Assembly: GCA_002269645.1 (NCBI GenBank)
Contig: NIVC01002722.1
Span: 82,535 to 146,534 of the forward strand
Direction of reading: 5' to 3'
Source of the DNA: Macrostomum lignano
Taxonomy: Eukaryota
DNA: 64,000 nucleotides
Below the pieces are notes generated by a model, which worked only from the letters and a program-made list of their open reading frames with translations, had not been told where the DNA came from and did no database searches. Made by a program: the position numbers and the translations under genes. Below are positions 41,881 through 54,489 of the stretch, piece by piece. How positions within the stretch are numbered: position 1 is the first letter of the stretch; every line of letters starts with the position of its first letter.

Positions 41881-43639
41881 TCTATATAACTAAATCTGAA
41901 AAGTTTCTTCTTCTAATCTTCTATCTATATGTATATAAATCTATCTTCTAAATATACTAAATCTCTAAGGTTTGTATGTTTGTCCATAATCTAAATATAC
42001 TAAATATTCGAAAAACAAGTTTATCTAAATGCTTTTAATGGAAGGCCAAGCAGCGTTGAATTCTTGACTGGCTGAATTCCAATTCTAAATGATTGCGCCA
42101 CAACTGCGTACTGCATATTCTCGCTATAAACTGACTCTGAGCTTTTCAGCAGGAGGCAGTGTGCCAAGCATTGCGCAGGCACTCTGGAGGGAGAAAGAAA
42201 TCAGCCAGTGCATTTTAAAAGTATTGAAATTGAGAGATTTACTTAACTGTGCAATACCTTTGCCAGCACCAAAACTGTGCACACTGAGCAGGCTATCACT
42301 GCTATGTATTTGACTGCAGTGCCGAAGCATATGTCTGATTTTTGCGCCCTTCCATCAGTAGGCGGAATAGCCGCAGTGTAGGCACTAGGACTAGGTTTAG
42401 GCTAGGCGTAAGGTCCAAGGTTCGAGTCCGCCTCCCCGGTGGATAATTAAAATAAGTAAATTCATTCATTTGTAGCTTGTGACTTGACTAAATATAACTT
42501 TTTTTAAATTTAAATTGCAACATTTTTTATTAATTAGCAAATAATTTTTGCTACTTGGCACAAGCCGCTTATCAAATTTGATTTTAAAAAACTGCTTCGT
42601 GTATTACTGATCCCATCAACGAGTACTGCCTCGCACCATGAAGTATGAAATTGCTATTAAACTGCAGACCATGCTGTTAAAACTGCTTAAAGGTATTGCT
42701 AAATTTTGAGCTTTTTAAGAATGCCGATATGTACTTAAAATTGTTTAGTGAGCCGTAAAATGCTGAGCACATTTTTAGATTATCGGAAGATTGGAAGATT
42801 ATTGGAAAGGAGAACAGAAGATGCTGAGGGGAACTGCAGATTGTCAAAGGGATCATTCATGCAGACTGCAAAGGGAAAAATGGAACAAAGTGCTGAGGTA
42901 GTTCCTCCACACTTATGAGCGCATAGCAGCAAACTGTTAAGGGGATAACTATCTAGAGAGTTTAAAGTGGATAATAGCTGTGAAGAATTAAGTGCAAGTT
43001 GTTGAGTGGATAACTGCGGACTGCTGAGTGAAGCATTGTAGTTTGCTGATGTTAATGAAAGTTGTAGACGGCACAGTGGATATCTGCAGGCTGCTAAGAG
43101 TATGACTGCAGTCTGTTTGTGGGATTAGAAGTGATAGCTAATTTCAGGATGTTGTGGAGATAACTGCCGATTTCTGGGGGGGGGGTTAACTTCAAACTGC
43201 CGAAGTTACTAAACTTCTTGAATTTAGTTTGAATCTTGAATCTTGAATTAGAAGTTTTAGTAACTGCCGAAGTTACTAAACTTCTTGAATAGTATAAGGC
43301 TTTTAGCAGAAGGTCGGCAGTTCGAGTCTGTATTGAAGCAGCGAATTTATCTTTGTGACAATAATCATTGTTTCCTATGAGGATTCATGCAAATTTTTAG
43401 CATTTTCATTTTGTACCTACTTTTGCTGGGGCTACGCTAAGCTTTAAGAGCAGCGCTAATCGGGGAGAGCAGTGCTAATCTGATGTATAAAATAAAATAA
43501 TAAATATGTAAGTGAATTACAAATCAATTAATTACAAAACCTGCAAGTTGACAAAGCATTTCATATGGTTTCGATTATCCAGAAGCAATATGGCAATAAG
43601 CAAAGATTAGTGGCCATCTGCTCACTGATTGTGCAAAAA

Positions 43640-44245
43640 AGTGCTGGTGAATCATTGCTAAACTGCTGGTGAAGCATTGTTAAACTGCTGGTGAAGCATT
43701 GCTAAACTGCTGGTGAACCATTGCTGAAATGCTGGTGAACCATTGCTAAACTGCTGGTGAAGCATTGTTAAACTACTGGTGAAGCATTGCTGAAATGCTG
43801 GTGAACCATTGCTAAACTGCTGGTGAAGCATTGTTAAACTACTGGTGAAGCATTGCTGAAATGCTGGTGAACCATAGCTAATGAAAACTGATGGTGAAGC
43901 ATTGCTAAACTGCTGGTGAACCATTGCTAAACTACTGGTGAACCATTGTTGAAATGCTGGTGAACTATTGCTAAACTGCTGGTGAAGCATTGCTCAACTG
44001 CTGGTGAACCATTTCTGAAATGCTGGTGAACCATAGCTAATGCAAACTGCTGGTAAAGCGTTGCTGAATGCTGGTGAACCATTGCTGAATGCTGGTGAAG
44101 CATTGCTAAACTGCTGGTGAACCATTGTTGAAATTCTGGTAAAGCATTGCTGAATGCTGGTGAACCATTGCTGAAATGCTGGTAAAGCATTGCTGAATGC
44201 TGGTGAACCATTGCTGAAATGCTGGTGAAGCATTGCTAAACTGCA
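43640..44245. repeat. 21/22-bp tandem repeat (CTGCTGGTGAAGCATTGCTAAA)
   Basis: Direct reading. Confidence 0.9.
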
Positions 44246-45114
44246 GAAAGCTATGGTAAAATATTGTAATTTTTTAAATAAAAACTTTCAAAGAGAAGAA
44301 AACGCAACGCAAGAAAAAGCGAACAAGAATCATCATATCAATCATAAATGAAGCGCCCTGTCGAACGTAAAAGTCTCATCGGGAATTGCTTAGACTGTTA
44401 AGACTGCTAAGACTATTGCTACGAGCATAATGCTGGTATGGGAAATCGCTGTGATATCAAGACTCACGGTAGAATTTATAAGATCTCAAGGCTCAGGGGG
44501 AATTGCTATAGTTATGTCATTCTGGGGAGAATTGCTTTGATTTCAAGTTTCATTTGTGAAATTGCTGAAATTAATTGTTGAAATGCAAGTGCCAGGATAT
44601 CAAAAGGTTAGTCACTCAATTTTCAGGCTCATGGGGAAATTGCTAACATTTCCAAAGCTCATTGGGGAATTGCTGAAATTCTAAGATTAAAGATTAATTA
44701 AGATTAGATTCTAAGTTGCTAAGATTAAATTCTCTTGGGGGAAAACTTAAATGATTTGGCTCTACTACGGGGAATTGCTGACAGGTCAAGGCTTTCGGTG
44801 AAATTCAGATTACAAAGCTTATTTATGAGGAAGTTACTTTAATTCTGAGGCTCAAGGCTTATGGTGGAAATTTCCAACACGCCAAGACTCACTTATGGGT
44901 TAGGGTGACCATTAATTAAAGACTTGTTTAGATATAATCAAAGTTCATTGTGCAATCGCTCTGTTGACAAAGCTCATAAAGAAATTGCTGAGTTATCAAG
45001 GCTTATAAGGGTATTGCTGAATTCTTGGGAAAAGGGAGTTGGGTTGTTGGTATGTCAAGGCTTACTGCGCTGGGTGAATTGCGTGATGTCAAGGCTCGAG
45101 TTTACTCTTACTTA

Positions 45115-45420
45115 CTCTTACTGGGGGATTGCTGAGATGTCAAGGCTTACTGGGGGAAATTGCTGAGATGTCAAGGCTTACTGGGGGAAATTGCTGAGAT
45201 GTCAAGGCTTACTGGGGGAATTGCTGAGGTGTCAAGGCTTACTAGGGGAATTGCTGAGATCTAAAGGCTTACTTGAATCTCAAGGCTTACTGGGGAAATG
45301 CTGAGATCTAAAGGCTTACTTGAATCTCAAGGCTTACTGGGGAAATGCTGAGATCTAAAGGCTTACTGGGGGAAATGCTGAGGTGTCAAGGCTTACTGGG
45401 GGAATTGCTGAGGTGTCAAG
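45115..45420. repeat. 30-bp tandem repeat (GGGGGAATTGCTGAGATGTCAAGGCTTACT)
   Basis: Direct reading; degenerate copies extend back to about 44400. Confidence 0.85.
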
Positions 45421-45948
45421 GCCCATGGACGATGGCTGAATTGTTGGGGGGGTGTTAGATTGTTAGGCGATTGTCAGATAGTCAGGTAGTACGGCTCAAG
45501 TAGCTCATGTAATTCAGATAATGAAAAAGTACACACAAGTGATGCTGATTTCTGCTAATAGGAAATACCAGCGCATTCATTAAAGGTTTGATCCTTTGAT
45601 TTAGGCTAATATAGAGAGAGGGTCTAAGGGCGTCAGGGATTTGCATATTGAGCTCCTGCTGCGGATCAGAATATGCCCCGGCCAGTGACGATATCCATCA
45701 AGAGTTTGTGCTTGAAAGGATAAGCACTATTTGCTGATTTAGAAAGGGTTTTGGGCTGATGAAGGAAACCTTTTGGCTAATGAAAGTTTGGATTAATGGC
45801 AATTTATTTCTGCCAAAATGAGAAAAGGTAATTTTTGATTAATGGAAATCAATTTTTTGGACGATTATAGTAAGGTTACTCTTATGCAAAAATAAAAACC
45901 AATTGGTGTCATTTTCAAGGCTCCCCAGCGGGGGGGCTAAATGGCTAG

Positions 45949-47915
45949 TCTTCTTCTTCTTCTAAATATACTAAATCTCTAATATTTGTATGCTTGCTTG
46001 CTTGTCCATAACGCTCTAGAGATTGCAATTATTCACCAGTGCTAATTAGTGAGCCGTACAATGCTGAGCGAATTTCTAGATTGATAAAAAGATCATTTGC
46101 AGTTTGCTGAGGATACTGAGGGGCCAGCCGAGAGAATGACTGCAGACTGCTGAGGTTATAAATGAGAGTTATTAAGGAAACTCTTGCTGACTGCAAATGG
46201 ATTGACTGTAGACTTCTGAGGGGAACTGCAGATTGTCAAAGAGATCGTTCATGAATCATATAGATCTTCCAGACTTAAGAGCGTATAGCTGCAAACTATT
46301 GAGTGGATAATTATCTGCAGAGTTTTGAGTGGATTGTTGAGTTGATTCCTGCGGACTGCTAAGTTTGCTGAGAAGACAACTCTAGGCCACTGAGTGGATA
46401 ATTGTTTAATCTGCAGGCTGCTAAGAGTTTGACTGCAGTTTGTTTGCGGGATTAGAAGGGATAGCTTTTCAGATTGTTGTGGCGATAACTACCAATTTCT
46501 GGGGGAAGGGTTAACTTCAAACTGCTGAAGTTACTAAACTTATTGAATAGTATAAGGCTTTTAGTAGAAGGTCGGCAGTTCGAGCGGCATTGCTAATCTG
46601 CTGTAAGTGTTCATTTGCAGAGGGTACATGTATTAGTAATCTGAGAGAGCAGTGCTAATCTGACGCATACAATAAAGTATTAAAAATTTAGGAGGATTGC
46701 AAATCAAATTTAAACTGCAAGTTGTATACATTTCAAATGGTTTCGATTATTGCGATGCATATGGCGATTAGTGGCCCTGATTGTGCAAAACAGTGCTGGT
46801 GAGCCATTGCTAAACTGGTGGTGAGCCATTGCTAAACTGGTGGTGAGCCATTGCTAAACTGGTGGTGAACCATTGCTAAACTGGTGGTGAGCCATTGCTA
46901 AACTGGTGGTGAGCCATTGCTAAACTGGTGGTGAGCCATTGCTAAACTGGTGGTGAGCCATTGCTAAACTGGTGGTGAGCCATTGCTAAACTGGTGGTGA
47001 GCCATTGCTAAACTGGTGGTGAACCATTGCTAACTGCTGGTGAACAAATTGCTAAACTGCTGGTGACGATGCATTGCTAAACTGCTGGTGAACAAATTGC
47101 TAAACTGCTGGTGACGATGCATTGCTAAACTGCTGGTGAAGCATCTGAGATGTCAAGGCATACTGGTGGGGGGGGGGGAATTGCTGAGATGTCAAGGCTC
47201 ACTGGGGGGGAATTTCTGAGTTGTCAAGGCTTACTGGGGGAATTGCTGAGATTTCAAGGCTTACTAAGGGAATTTCTGAGATTTCAAGGCTTACTAAGGG
47301 AATTTCTGAGATGTCAAGTCCTACTAAAAGAATTTTTGAGATGTCAAGGCCCACTGGGGGAATTGCTGAGATGTCAAAGCTTACTGGAGGAGTTGCTGAG
47401 ATGTCAAGGCCTACTAAGGGAATTTCTGAGATGTCAAAGCTTACTGGAGGAGTTGCTGAGATGTCAAGGCCTACTAAGGGAATTTCTGAGATGTCAAAGC
47501 CTACTGGGGGAATTGGTGAGATGTCAAGGCTTACTAAAGGAATTTCTGAGATATCAAGGCTTACTGGGGAATTGATGAGATGTCAAGCCTTACTGGGGAA
47601 ATTGATGAGATGTCATCAAGGCTTATGGCATATTGAGCTCCTGCTGCGGACCAGAATATGCCCAGGCCAATGACGATATGCACTAAGAGTTTGTGCTTGA
47701 AAGGATAAGTACTATTTGCTGAATGAGAAAGGCTTTTGGGCTGATGAAGGAAACTTTGGCTGGTGAAGGTTTTTATTCATGGCAACTGGGGGAATTGCTG
47801 AGATGACAAGGCTTACTGGGGGTATCGCTGAGATGTCAAGGCTTATTTGGGGGAATTGCTGGGATGTCAAGGCTTACTGGGGAAATCACTGAGATGTCAA
47901 GGCTTACTGGGGGTA
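45949..47915 (+). mobile_element. Helitron-like unit 2, head-to-tail with unit 1
   Basis: Starts with TC right after the CTAG and repeats the 5' motif. Collinear blocks with unit 1: 46050/42750, 46220/42830, 46510/43185, 47630/45645. Confidence 0.55.
46790..47910. repeat. 22-bp array (46790-47140) followed by 30-bp array (47140-47910)
   Basis: Same two repeat families and same order as in unit 1. Confidence 0.9.
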
Positions 47916-48519
47916 AGATTATTACTCATAGGCCAAAACTAGCAATTTAAGCCCCCCGTTGGGGGACGCAATAATGACGCCAAATGGTTTTTATTTGCTA
48001 TGGCTCCTAAGCATCAGCTTAAGAATTGAAGTTTAGTCTATGCCCATAGACGTATTGAGCTCTCACTGCAAGAAAAATACACTAATTAGATAGGGAGAAT
48101 ATCTTAAATTCTTAAATTCTTAAGCTGATGCTTAGGAGCATCGCATGGGTCTATTCTTTAATATATTAGCAATATTTTCATTTTCCTTTTTGCACTCCCC
48201 GAATTATCGTGACTGCCATAGACAAAGTATTTTTCGTCTCCTTTTCCTTTTTCGCTCCCCTCTGAAAGGAATTTCCCAGAATAGTACGAGCTCGCATCAA
48301 AATATGCTTTTAGCCAATAGGAAGGAACGGGGAGGAAAGGGATGTTAAAAGCGAAAATCGAGCGAGACAAAAATAACTGGCTCAGATTAGCACTCCATTC
48401 TATTCTTTCCTCCATGGATCTACCTCATATATATTTTCTCGCCCTGTCTCAAAGCATGAGGCCTTAGGCTGGGGCCATAGATATACACACGGTATGTCTT
48501 TATCTACACCAGTTCTAAC

Positions 48520-48587
48520 CACAGATACTATATACGTGAATATATTACTATATTACTATATACTATATAAGTTATATAGTATCCGTG
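48520..48587. mobile_element. 68-bp P-like micro-MITE
   Basis: TIR CAC(A/G)GATACTATATA; flanks GTTCTAAC / GTTCTAAA. Confidence 0.65.
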
Positions 48588-48689
48588 GTTCTAAACGTAG
48601 GTCTACGCTACACGTTCACATAGGGCGAAATTAACGCCCACCACACTCACTGAGGCAGTATTGCTTTTGCCAGCCTAACTGAGAATAAA

Positions 48690-49015
48690 GCCATCCAAAG
48701 TGAGAATCCTGCCTACGCTGACTGCGAAGGGCCTGGCTGCGTGCAGCCTTAGTCTATGGGCCATAGACAATAAAGGACAAGCAAAGTGATAAAAAGCCAT
48801 CCAATGTGAGAATCGATTGGTCTATGCGTCGTATTCTTTTATTTTTTTACCTTCTGAGCTTCTGAGCCATATGACTAGCCAATCCTAGCATATCCTTTAT
48901 AGTCTATGGCTCATAGACTAGGCTGGACGCAGCTAGGCCCTTCGTATTCAGCGTAGGCAGGATTCTCACATTGGATGGCTTTTTATCACTTTTCTTGTCC
49001 TTTATTGTCTATGTC
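48690..49015. mobile_element. Rearranged CATAGAC-ended MITE cluster
   Basis: CATAGACAATAAAGGACAAG...GCCATCCAATGTGAGAATC (48762) with its reverse complement at 48960-49012; 48693-48755 is the inverse of 48912-48975. Confidence 0.55.
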
Positions 49016-49446
49016 TATGGTTAGAATAAACTGCATCATTGTGAGGGAAGCGGCAACGATCAGATCATCAGAAAGGAGACGAACAAACTTCCAGGGACAC
49101 CGGCGATCGCCAAGCCCCATGAGTTCAACGATTTTTGATAATCACAACTGTCTACTACTCACACGGAATTCGTTATTATTTACTTTATAGAACGGCTGTA
49201 AGGCGTGCAACGCGCTATCTGCCCCATACTGTTTACGACACCCCTCACATAAAAACGTACTTATTTTTAACCAAGTCTCGACCAATCAAGCATCATTTCA
49301 CACCCCCACCCCAATGACAAATATATTGAGCAGACAAGGAAAAGCAGCGGCCACCATTTCCCGCGCGCAAACGTAGAATTCGTATGAATACTTTATATTG
49401 TTTACTATATTGGCCATGCTAACAGGTAAAACAAAGTCGCACTCAC

Positions 49447-49839
49447 GCAGCGCTTTTCCGTAAGCCTCGAACTCGCAGATCGCCAGTCGAGGCAGGCGAC
49501 TTTTCACCATGATCTCCTGTCCGATTCCGTCGCATTGCAGAATCTTGGTGGCGAATTGTTTCGAATCTTTGTACCGATTGCACACGTTGTTATCGTCGAT
49601 GATCACTTCGAAGTCGGTCAGTCTCTCCCTCAGAGTCGCGCGGTTGTAGATTTTGACGTACATGAAGCGCACATGCACTTCGGTTTTCGCCTTCCACCAG
49701 GTGTTTTGCTTGTCAGTTTGAGCGCAGTTTAATATACCTGATGTACCTGTATCCAGTTTGCCATCATAAGCCTTGTTGCACAAGTGCTTTGTGCCATCCC
49801 AGTTTGAGCCTTGGCTGCAGCTGACAAACTTGAATTTTT
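49447..49839 (-). CDS. F-type lectin-like domain exon 11 (phase 1-1, 393 nt)
   Basis: TGCAG|AA AAA TTC; donor C|GTGAGT; CAQT...IYNRATLRERL. Confidence 0.85.
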
Positions 49840-50814
49840 CTGCATGGGTTGAGAGTGGCAGTTAAAAGTTAAAAAATTACTTCTGACAACATGCAGTTTT
49901 TCGCACCTTCTAAACATTCGTTACAGTTACGTTCACAATTCGATGAAACAGGATTTTTATGAAATGCCACCTGAGACCGGCAAACAAGCAAATTTTATTT
50001 CAACTTTTTGTTTTCCTGTTTCTTTTGTGAAATATTTTCTAGCAGGATTTTTGTGGGTTTTTTGGTCTTTGTTAAAGCCTAAATTAGTGCTGCTGTTGTG
50101 CCGGCATGTACTTGCACTGTTGAGCGATCTATTCAGCCCTCAGTGAGGGGTGCGGCCGTCATTGCACTTTTCCTCATATGCCCACGACCCGCCGCTTTGT
50201 CTGGCGTCCCTAATCGCTGAATACTACGATGTGTTACGCACCAGCCCTGCGACCGCCCCACCTCCCTTTCTGTGTGATTGGCTGAATTACTGCCCACCGA
50301 CGCTTCCCCGTGCTTCAGTTATGATTCAATTCATTGTGTACGCGCTTGTGCCGACCAATCAGGGGCTGAAAAAAGGAAGTGGGTCCTCATCCCAAACCCC
50401 TAGAGGTTTGAGGAAGGATTTGTTTGTGAAAAATAGAAATACGTATTGGAGTTGAGCAAGGGGAGCGCGCCTTTTGAACTTTTCTCCTCGAAGCAATTTA
50501 CAACGTTTACAACGCTCAGCTATTGCAGGCATTCCGGTCAGTGAACTGAAGCAATCCCCAGGATCGTGGGCTGAAAGAGTCTGTTGGAACTCTAGATCCG
50601 GCCAAGTCACTACACTATGTTGAAATGCTCGATCAAGCACACACATCACCCCCACTTGCACTGTCAACTGACCAAATATATTGAGTAGACAAGGCAAAAC
50701 AGTGGCCACCATTTTCCGCGCGCAAGCGTAGACTTTACATAAATAGTCATAAATATTTGTTACTACATCGACTATTCCTTTTTTCTATAATAGCTAAAAC
50801 AAAGTCGAACTCAC

Positions 50815-51207
50815 GCAAAGGTTTTCCGTAAGCCTCGAACTCGCAGATCGTCAGCTGAGGCAGGTAACTTTTCACCATGATCTCATGTCCGTATCCGTCG
50901 CATTTCAGAGTCTTATAGGCGAATTGTGTCGAATCTTTGTACCGATTGCACACATTCTTATCGTCGATGATCACTTCGAAGTCTGTCAGTCTCTCCCTCA
51001 GCATGTCGCGGTTGTAGATTTTGACGTACATGAAGAGCATGGGATTATCAGTCTTCGCCTTCCACCAGGTGTTTTGTTTGCCCGTGTGAGCGCAGTTTAA
51101 TAGATACCCTATATCTGAATCCAGTTTGCCATCATAAGCCTTGTTGCACATGTAATTTGTGTCATCCTGGTTCGAGCCCTGGCTGCAGCTGACGAATTTG
51201 AATTTTG
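50815..51207 (-). CDS. F-type lectin-like domain exon 12 (phase 1-1, 393 nt)
   Basis: TGCAG|CA AAA TTC; donor C|GTGAGT; CAHT...IYNRDMLRERL. Confidence 0.85.
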
Positions 51208-51446
51208 CTGCATTGAATGGAGAGTGGCAGTTGAAATTTCAGATGTACACCGAAACACAAATATATTTACGGTATGAATAGCTGTTCGACGGACCAATCA
51301 GAAACTTTGTATGGGTGTGTATGTCTACTCGTATATGCTAAAATAGCACGTTTACTGCGAATGGATAGTCACTGCTGCTAGTAAACACTATTAACAAGTT
51401 GAGCGGTTTTTTGGCAGTTAATCTCTAGTAAAACTGCATTTTTCAG

Positions 51447-51983
51447 GGGGGTCTTTCTCGAAAGCAACTTACAATCGACCATAGACGTAAGTTGGGTAAG
51501 CTACACTTACGGGTTGCTCGAAGGGCTCGCAAGTTAGCTATGCGTAAGATTGATCGCAACTTTACGAGTTCGTAACTTTGCGCAAAAGACTGTTTCTCGA
51601 AGCGTTCGTATGTCTATGGTCTTTCGTAAGGTTGATCTTGATTCTTAACCCTACGACAGCTCGGTATCAGTCGTAAGACGCACTTAAGCACTAATCGCAT
51701 AGTACGTGGTGAAGCTTTAGTCAAGCCAAGTCAAGTTAAACTTTATCGAAGGTGAGTCTTTCTCGAAAGCAACTTACGATAGACTAAAGTAAAGATATTT
51801 GCAGATTTATGACCATAGACATGCAACTTTTCGTTTCAGATACGACTTACGAACAGCGTAAGCCACGCAAAGTCTAAGTGAGTTTTGAGAAAGCGTCTTA
51901 CGAGCAAACTTACGCTACACGTAAATTTCTTTCTTACGATCTAACTTACCATAGAACTTACGTGAGTTTCGAGAAACACCCCC
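51447..51983. mobile_element. PIF/Harbinger-like MITE (second copy at about 57769-58305)
   Basis: GGGGGTCTTTCTCGAAA / TTTCGAGAAACACCCCC ends with a 3-bp CAG duplication. Confidence 0.55.
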
Positions 51984-52324
51984 CAGACCGAAATTTTTAT
52001 GAAATGCTACCTAAGACTGGCAAGCAAGCAAAGTTCTTACGAAATTTCTGCCGCTCTAGTCTCCCTGGCTTATTTTTTCTGGAATGATTTTTGTGGAATT
52101 TTCTGGTCATTGTTAAAACCCTAATTTATCGCTATGCAGAAATGCATTATACAGAAATCCATTTAAAAGAAACGACTGTCTTTGTCGGGGGTCGGTGCTG
52201 GTTTGAGGTGGTAGGCCTCACCCACCCACTGTGTTCTAAGGGCTACCTTGTGAACCGCTGGTGCCTATTTCGCTGCGGTTGATTAAATTCTTAATAATAT
52301 ATAATTTATAAAATAATAATATAA

Positions 52325-53340
52325 TGTAACGATATATACAGATTTTTTTCGGCAGCTAATTGCTGCCGTTAAAGAATCTGTCTATGTCGTTATTGTGCTT
52401 TTTTGAATGAAACTGATTATTAACGATAGATTTTATACCTTTCGGTAGTATATTCAGCGATGCAGGATGTTATTACAACTCTGGGACACATGTATTGTTA
52501 TGTCTTCAGGTTACTTAAAGTCTTCAATATACTTAAGGCATTAATTATTAGTGCTGATATCCTAGCAGACGTTTCCGCGGCTCCAAGGTTCTTAGTCTTG
52601 CTCTTATTTCTCTTTATTCCACATTCTCACAGCGGGATTTTAACCCAAGCCTGTTTTGCAGCTTCATTTAGTCCATAGATAAAACAAAACGCGTCAAACT
52701 GCATATGCAATTAAAATAATATCAATATTATAGTCGCGTCATATCATCCCTCTTTCTTCAAGATGATTGGTACCTGTCCAATGCTCTCCGGATCCGCACT
52801 GGGTACCTGGACTCCGAAGGTTGAATTGAACTTGGTTCTTCATCGTCCTGGATAGGCTTGTGGGTTTCAGCCTCGGCTCTGTCTCTGACATGGTTCCGGT
52901 GCACCACCAGATCTCGTCCTCTATGGTCCTGTACTCGTCTCAGCTGTTCTCCAACCGCTTCTTGAAGTACTCCCTCCCTCCACTCCTTGTTGAAGGGATC
53001 TTGGACCCAAACAGGACTGTGAATTTGATCTGTTTTCTTGTGCTGGAACGACCGACGATGTAGCAGTGACAGTCTAGTATTAAACTGGCGCCCAAACATT
53101 TCTCGACACGGAGCGACACCGTTGGCTCTTGGGCAGACTCGAATGGCGTACAAAGTTTGTTGCATTCGAACTTCCGGGTCTGGATCGTTTAGCTGTTTTA
53201 GCTTGGTCTTCAGCCTTTTCACTGCTACCTCGACTACTCCATTCGAAGCGGGAAGGTATCTGGGTGACTTGAGGTGTAGCACTCCCATTCGCTTCAACCA
53301 GGCTTCTGTTGAAGCTTGGAAACAGAAGCATTCAGTGTGA
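52325..53340 (-). mobile_element. Truncated Gypsy LTR retrotransposon: integrase C-terminus, PPT and 3' LTR (duplicated at about 58646-59660)
   Basis: ORF 53297-52758 has SPRYLPASNGVVEVAVKRLK...P...MFGRQFNTRL of integrase type. The stop is followed by AGAAAGAGGGA, then TG...CA (52746-52325). Confidence 0.75.
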
Positions 53341-54489
53341 TGTCATTCTCTTGCAGCCTTTCTTACAGAGGGGGGTTGTGAGGGTTTGACTCTGACTATA
53401 TATGAAAGTGTGTTTGGCAATCAGATCTCACTTCTGTTTTTCCGTCCCCGGTTTTGATTTTTGTCCCGGCTTTCCGGCCGCTTGCCATTGTTTTGGTTCG
53501 CGCTTTGAGGCGCTTGAGTTCATCACCCCCGGTCCATATTTTTGTCCCCTGCCCGACCGCTTCAGTCTTGTAGCGTAACGTATACGGCAGATTCCTGTCT
53601 GAAGTCGTCGCTATCAAGCGCGGTTAGATAGAGACTGTCGGATTTGACCAAGTACGTGGCCTCGACCCAGAGGGCCTCGATCAGTGTCACACTGAAGGGC
53701 AGTGCTGATAGAATTTAGTCAGTGCTCCGTTGAACGGTCAATTCGGCAGGGCTCTCGTTTGAGTGTAGGTTCTGGTTTAGGCCAGGGGTTAGGAGTCTTC
53801 TCCGTTGGTCGTGTTCGGTTTTTCTTCTTCAAGCTGAGATCTGCTTGCCATTGCGTAACTAAGTTATTATTAATCGTTTGTCTCGATATCATTTTCCGCT
53901 ATTATCAGTTCGAAATTATCTGCGCCGCGAATTGCATTGAAGCTTGTAACTTGAAGTAATCAAATTAAATCGTCTAGCCAATTATCAGTCTGTATCATAT
54001 AGGATTATCACTCTCTAAATCTATTCGGTTCGTGTTCATCGGCATTCTTCCTTTTCTTGTACCGTACTGTGACTATTGGAGAAAGACTGGTAGGACTCGC
54101 CGACCGGCGATAGGCGATTAGCTTTAAAATCTCCGAACGCTCCAAGTAGGTTTGTCTAGGGCCTAAATAATTGCTTATCGTGCATGCAATATATATTCAT
54201 ATTGTATTCATCACATCGGCTAAATTTTCCCGGGTTTTTTTTCACAGACTAGAATGTCGTCATTCTTACAGCATACTAAAACATACTACGCACTACACCT
54301 TTTTCCATTCTATTTTGGCAAACATCTAGAACATCAACATCTAGAACATACTACGCGCTAAAGTCTCTGTTTTCGTGCGGCCATTCAGCGGCAAATGGAA
54401 TCCCCGTCCGTCGATCGCTAGGTAAACATCATTAGCGGAGAATCATTCAAGCGTTGTAATGGAGCTCTTGTCGGAACTCATTTGTGACA

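Larger units (their letters stand above)
41910..45948 (+). mobile_element. Non-autonomous Helitron-like unit 1 carrying 22-bp and 30-bp satellite arrays
   Basis: 5' TCT...ATATACTAAATCTCTAAGGTTTGTATGTTTGTCC; 3' GC hairpin (CCCC-AGC-GGGG) followed by CTAG at 45945-45948; no TIR or TSD. The 5' boundary is approximate. Confidence 0.55.
50595..54074. repeat. Segmental duplication, copy A (3.5 kb)
   Basis: Nearly identical to 56937-60395 (offset about 6322); a few 1-nt differences and one 20-nt indel. Confidence 0.95.

Noticed and set aside
42360-42440. tRNA gene
   Set aside because: A and B boxes are present, but no convincing cloverleaf or anticodon arm; probably a SINE or tRNA relic.
43658-47673. 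Repetitive ORFs (MLHQQFSN..., MSRLTGGIAE...)
   Set aside because: They come from 22-bp and 30-bp satellites in mobile units and have no splice support.
53377-54074. Plus-strand LTR after a purine run (AGAGGGGGG-TTGTG)
   Set aside because: No CA end or partner LTR could be defined.
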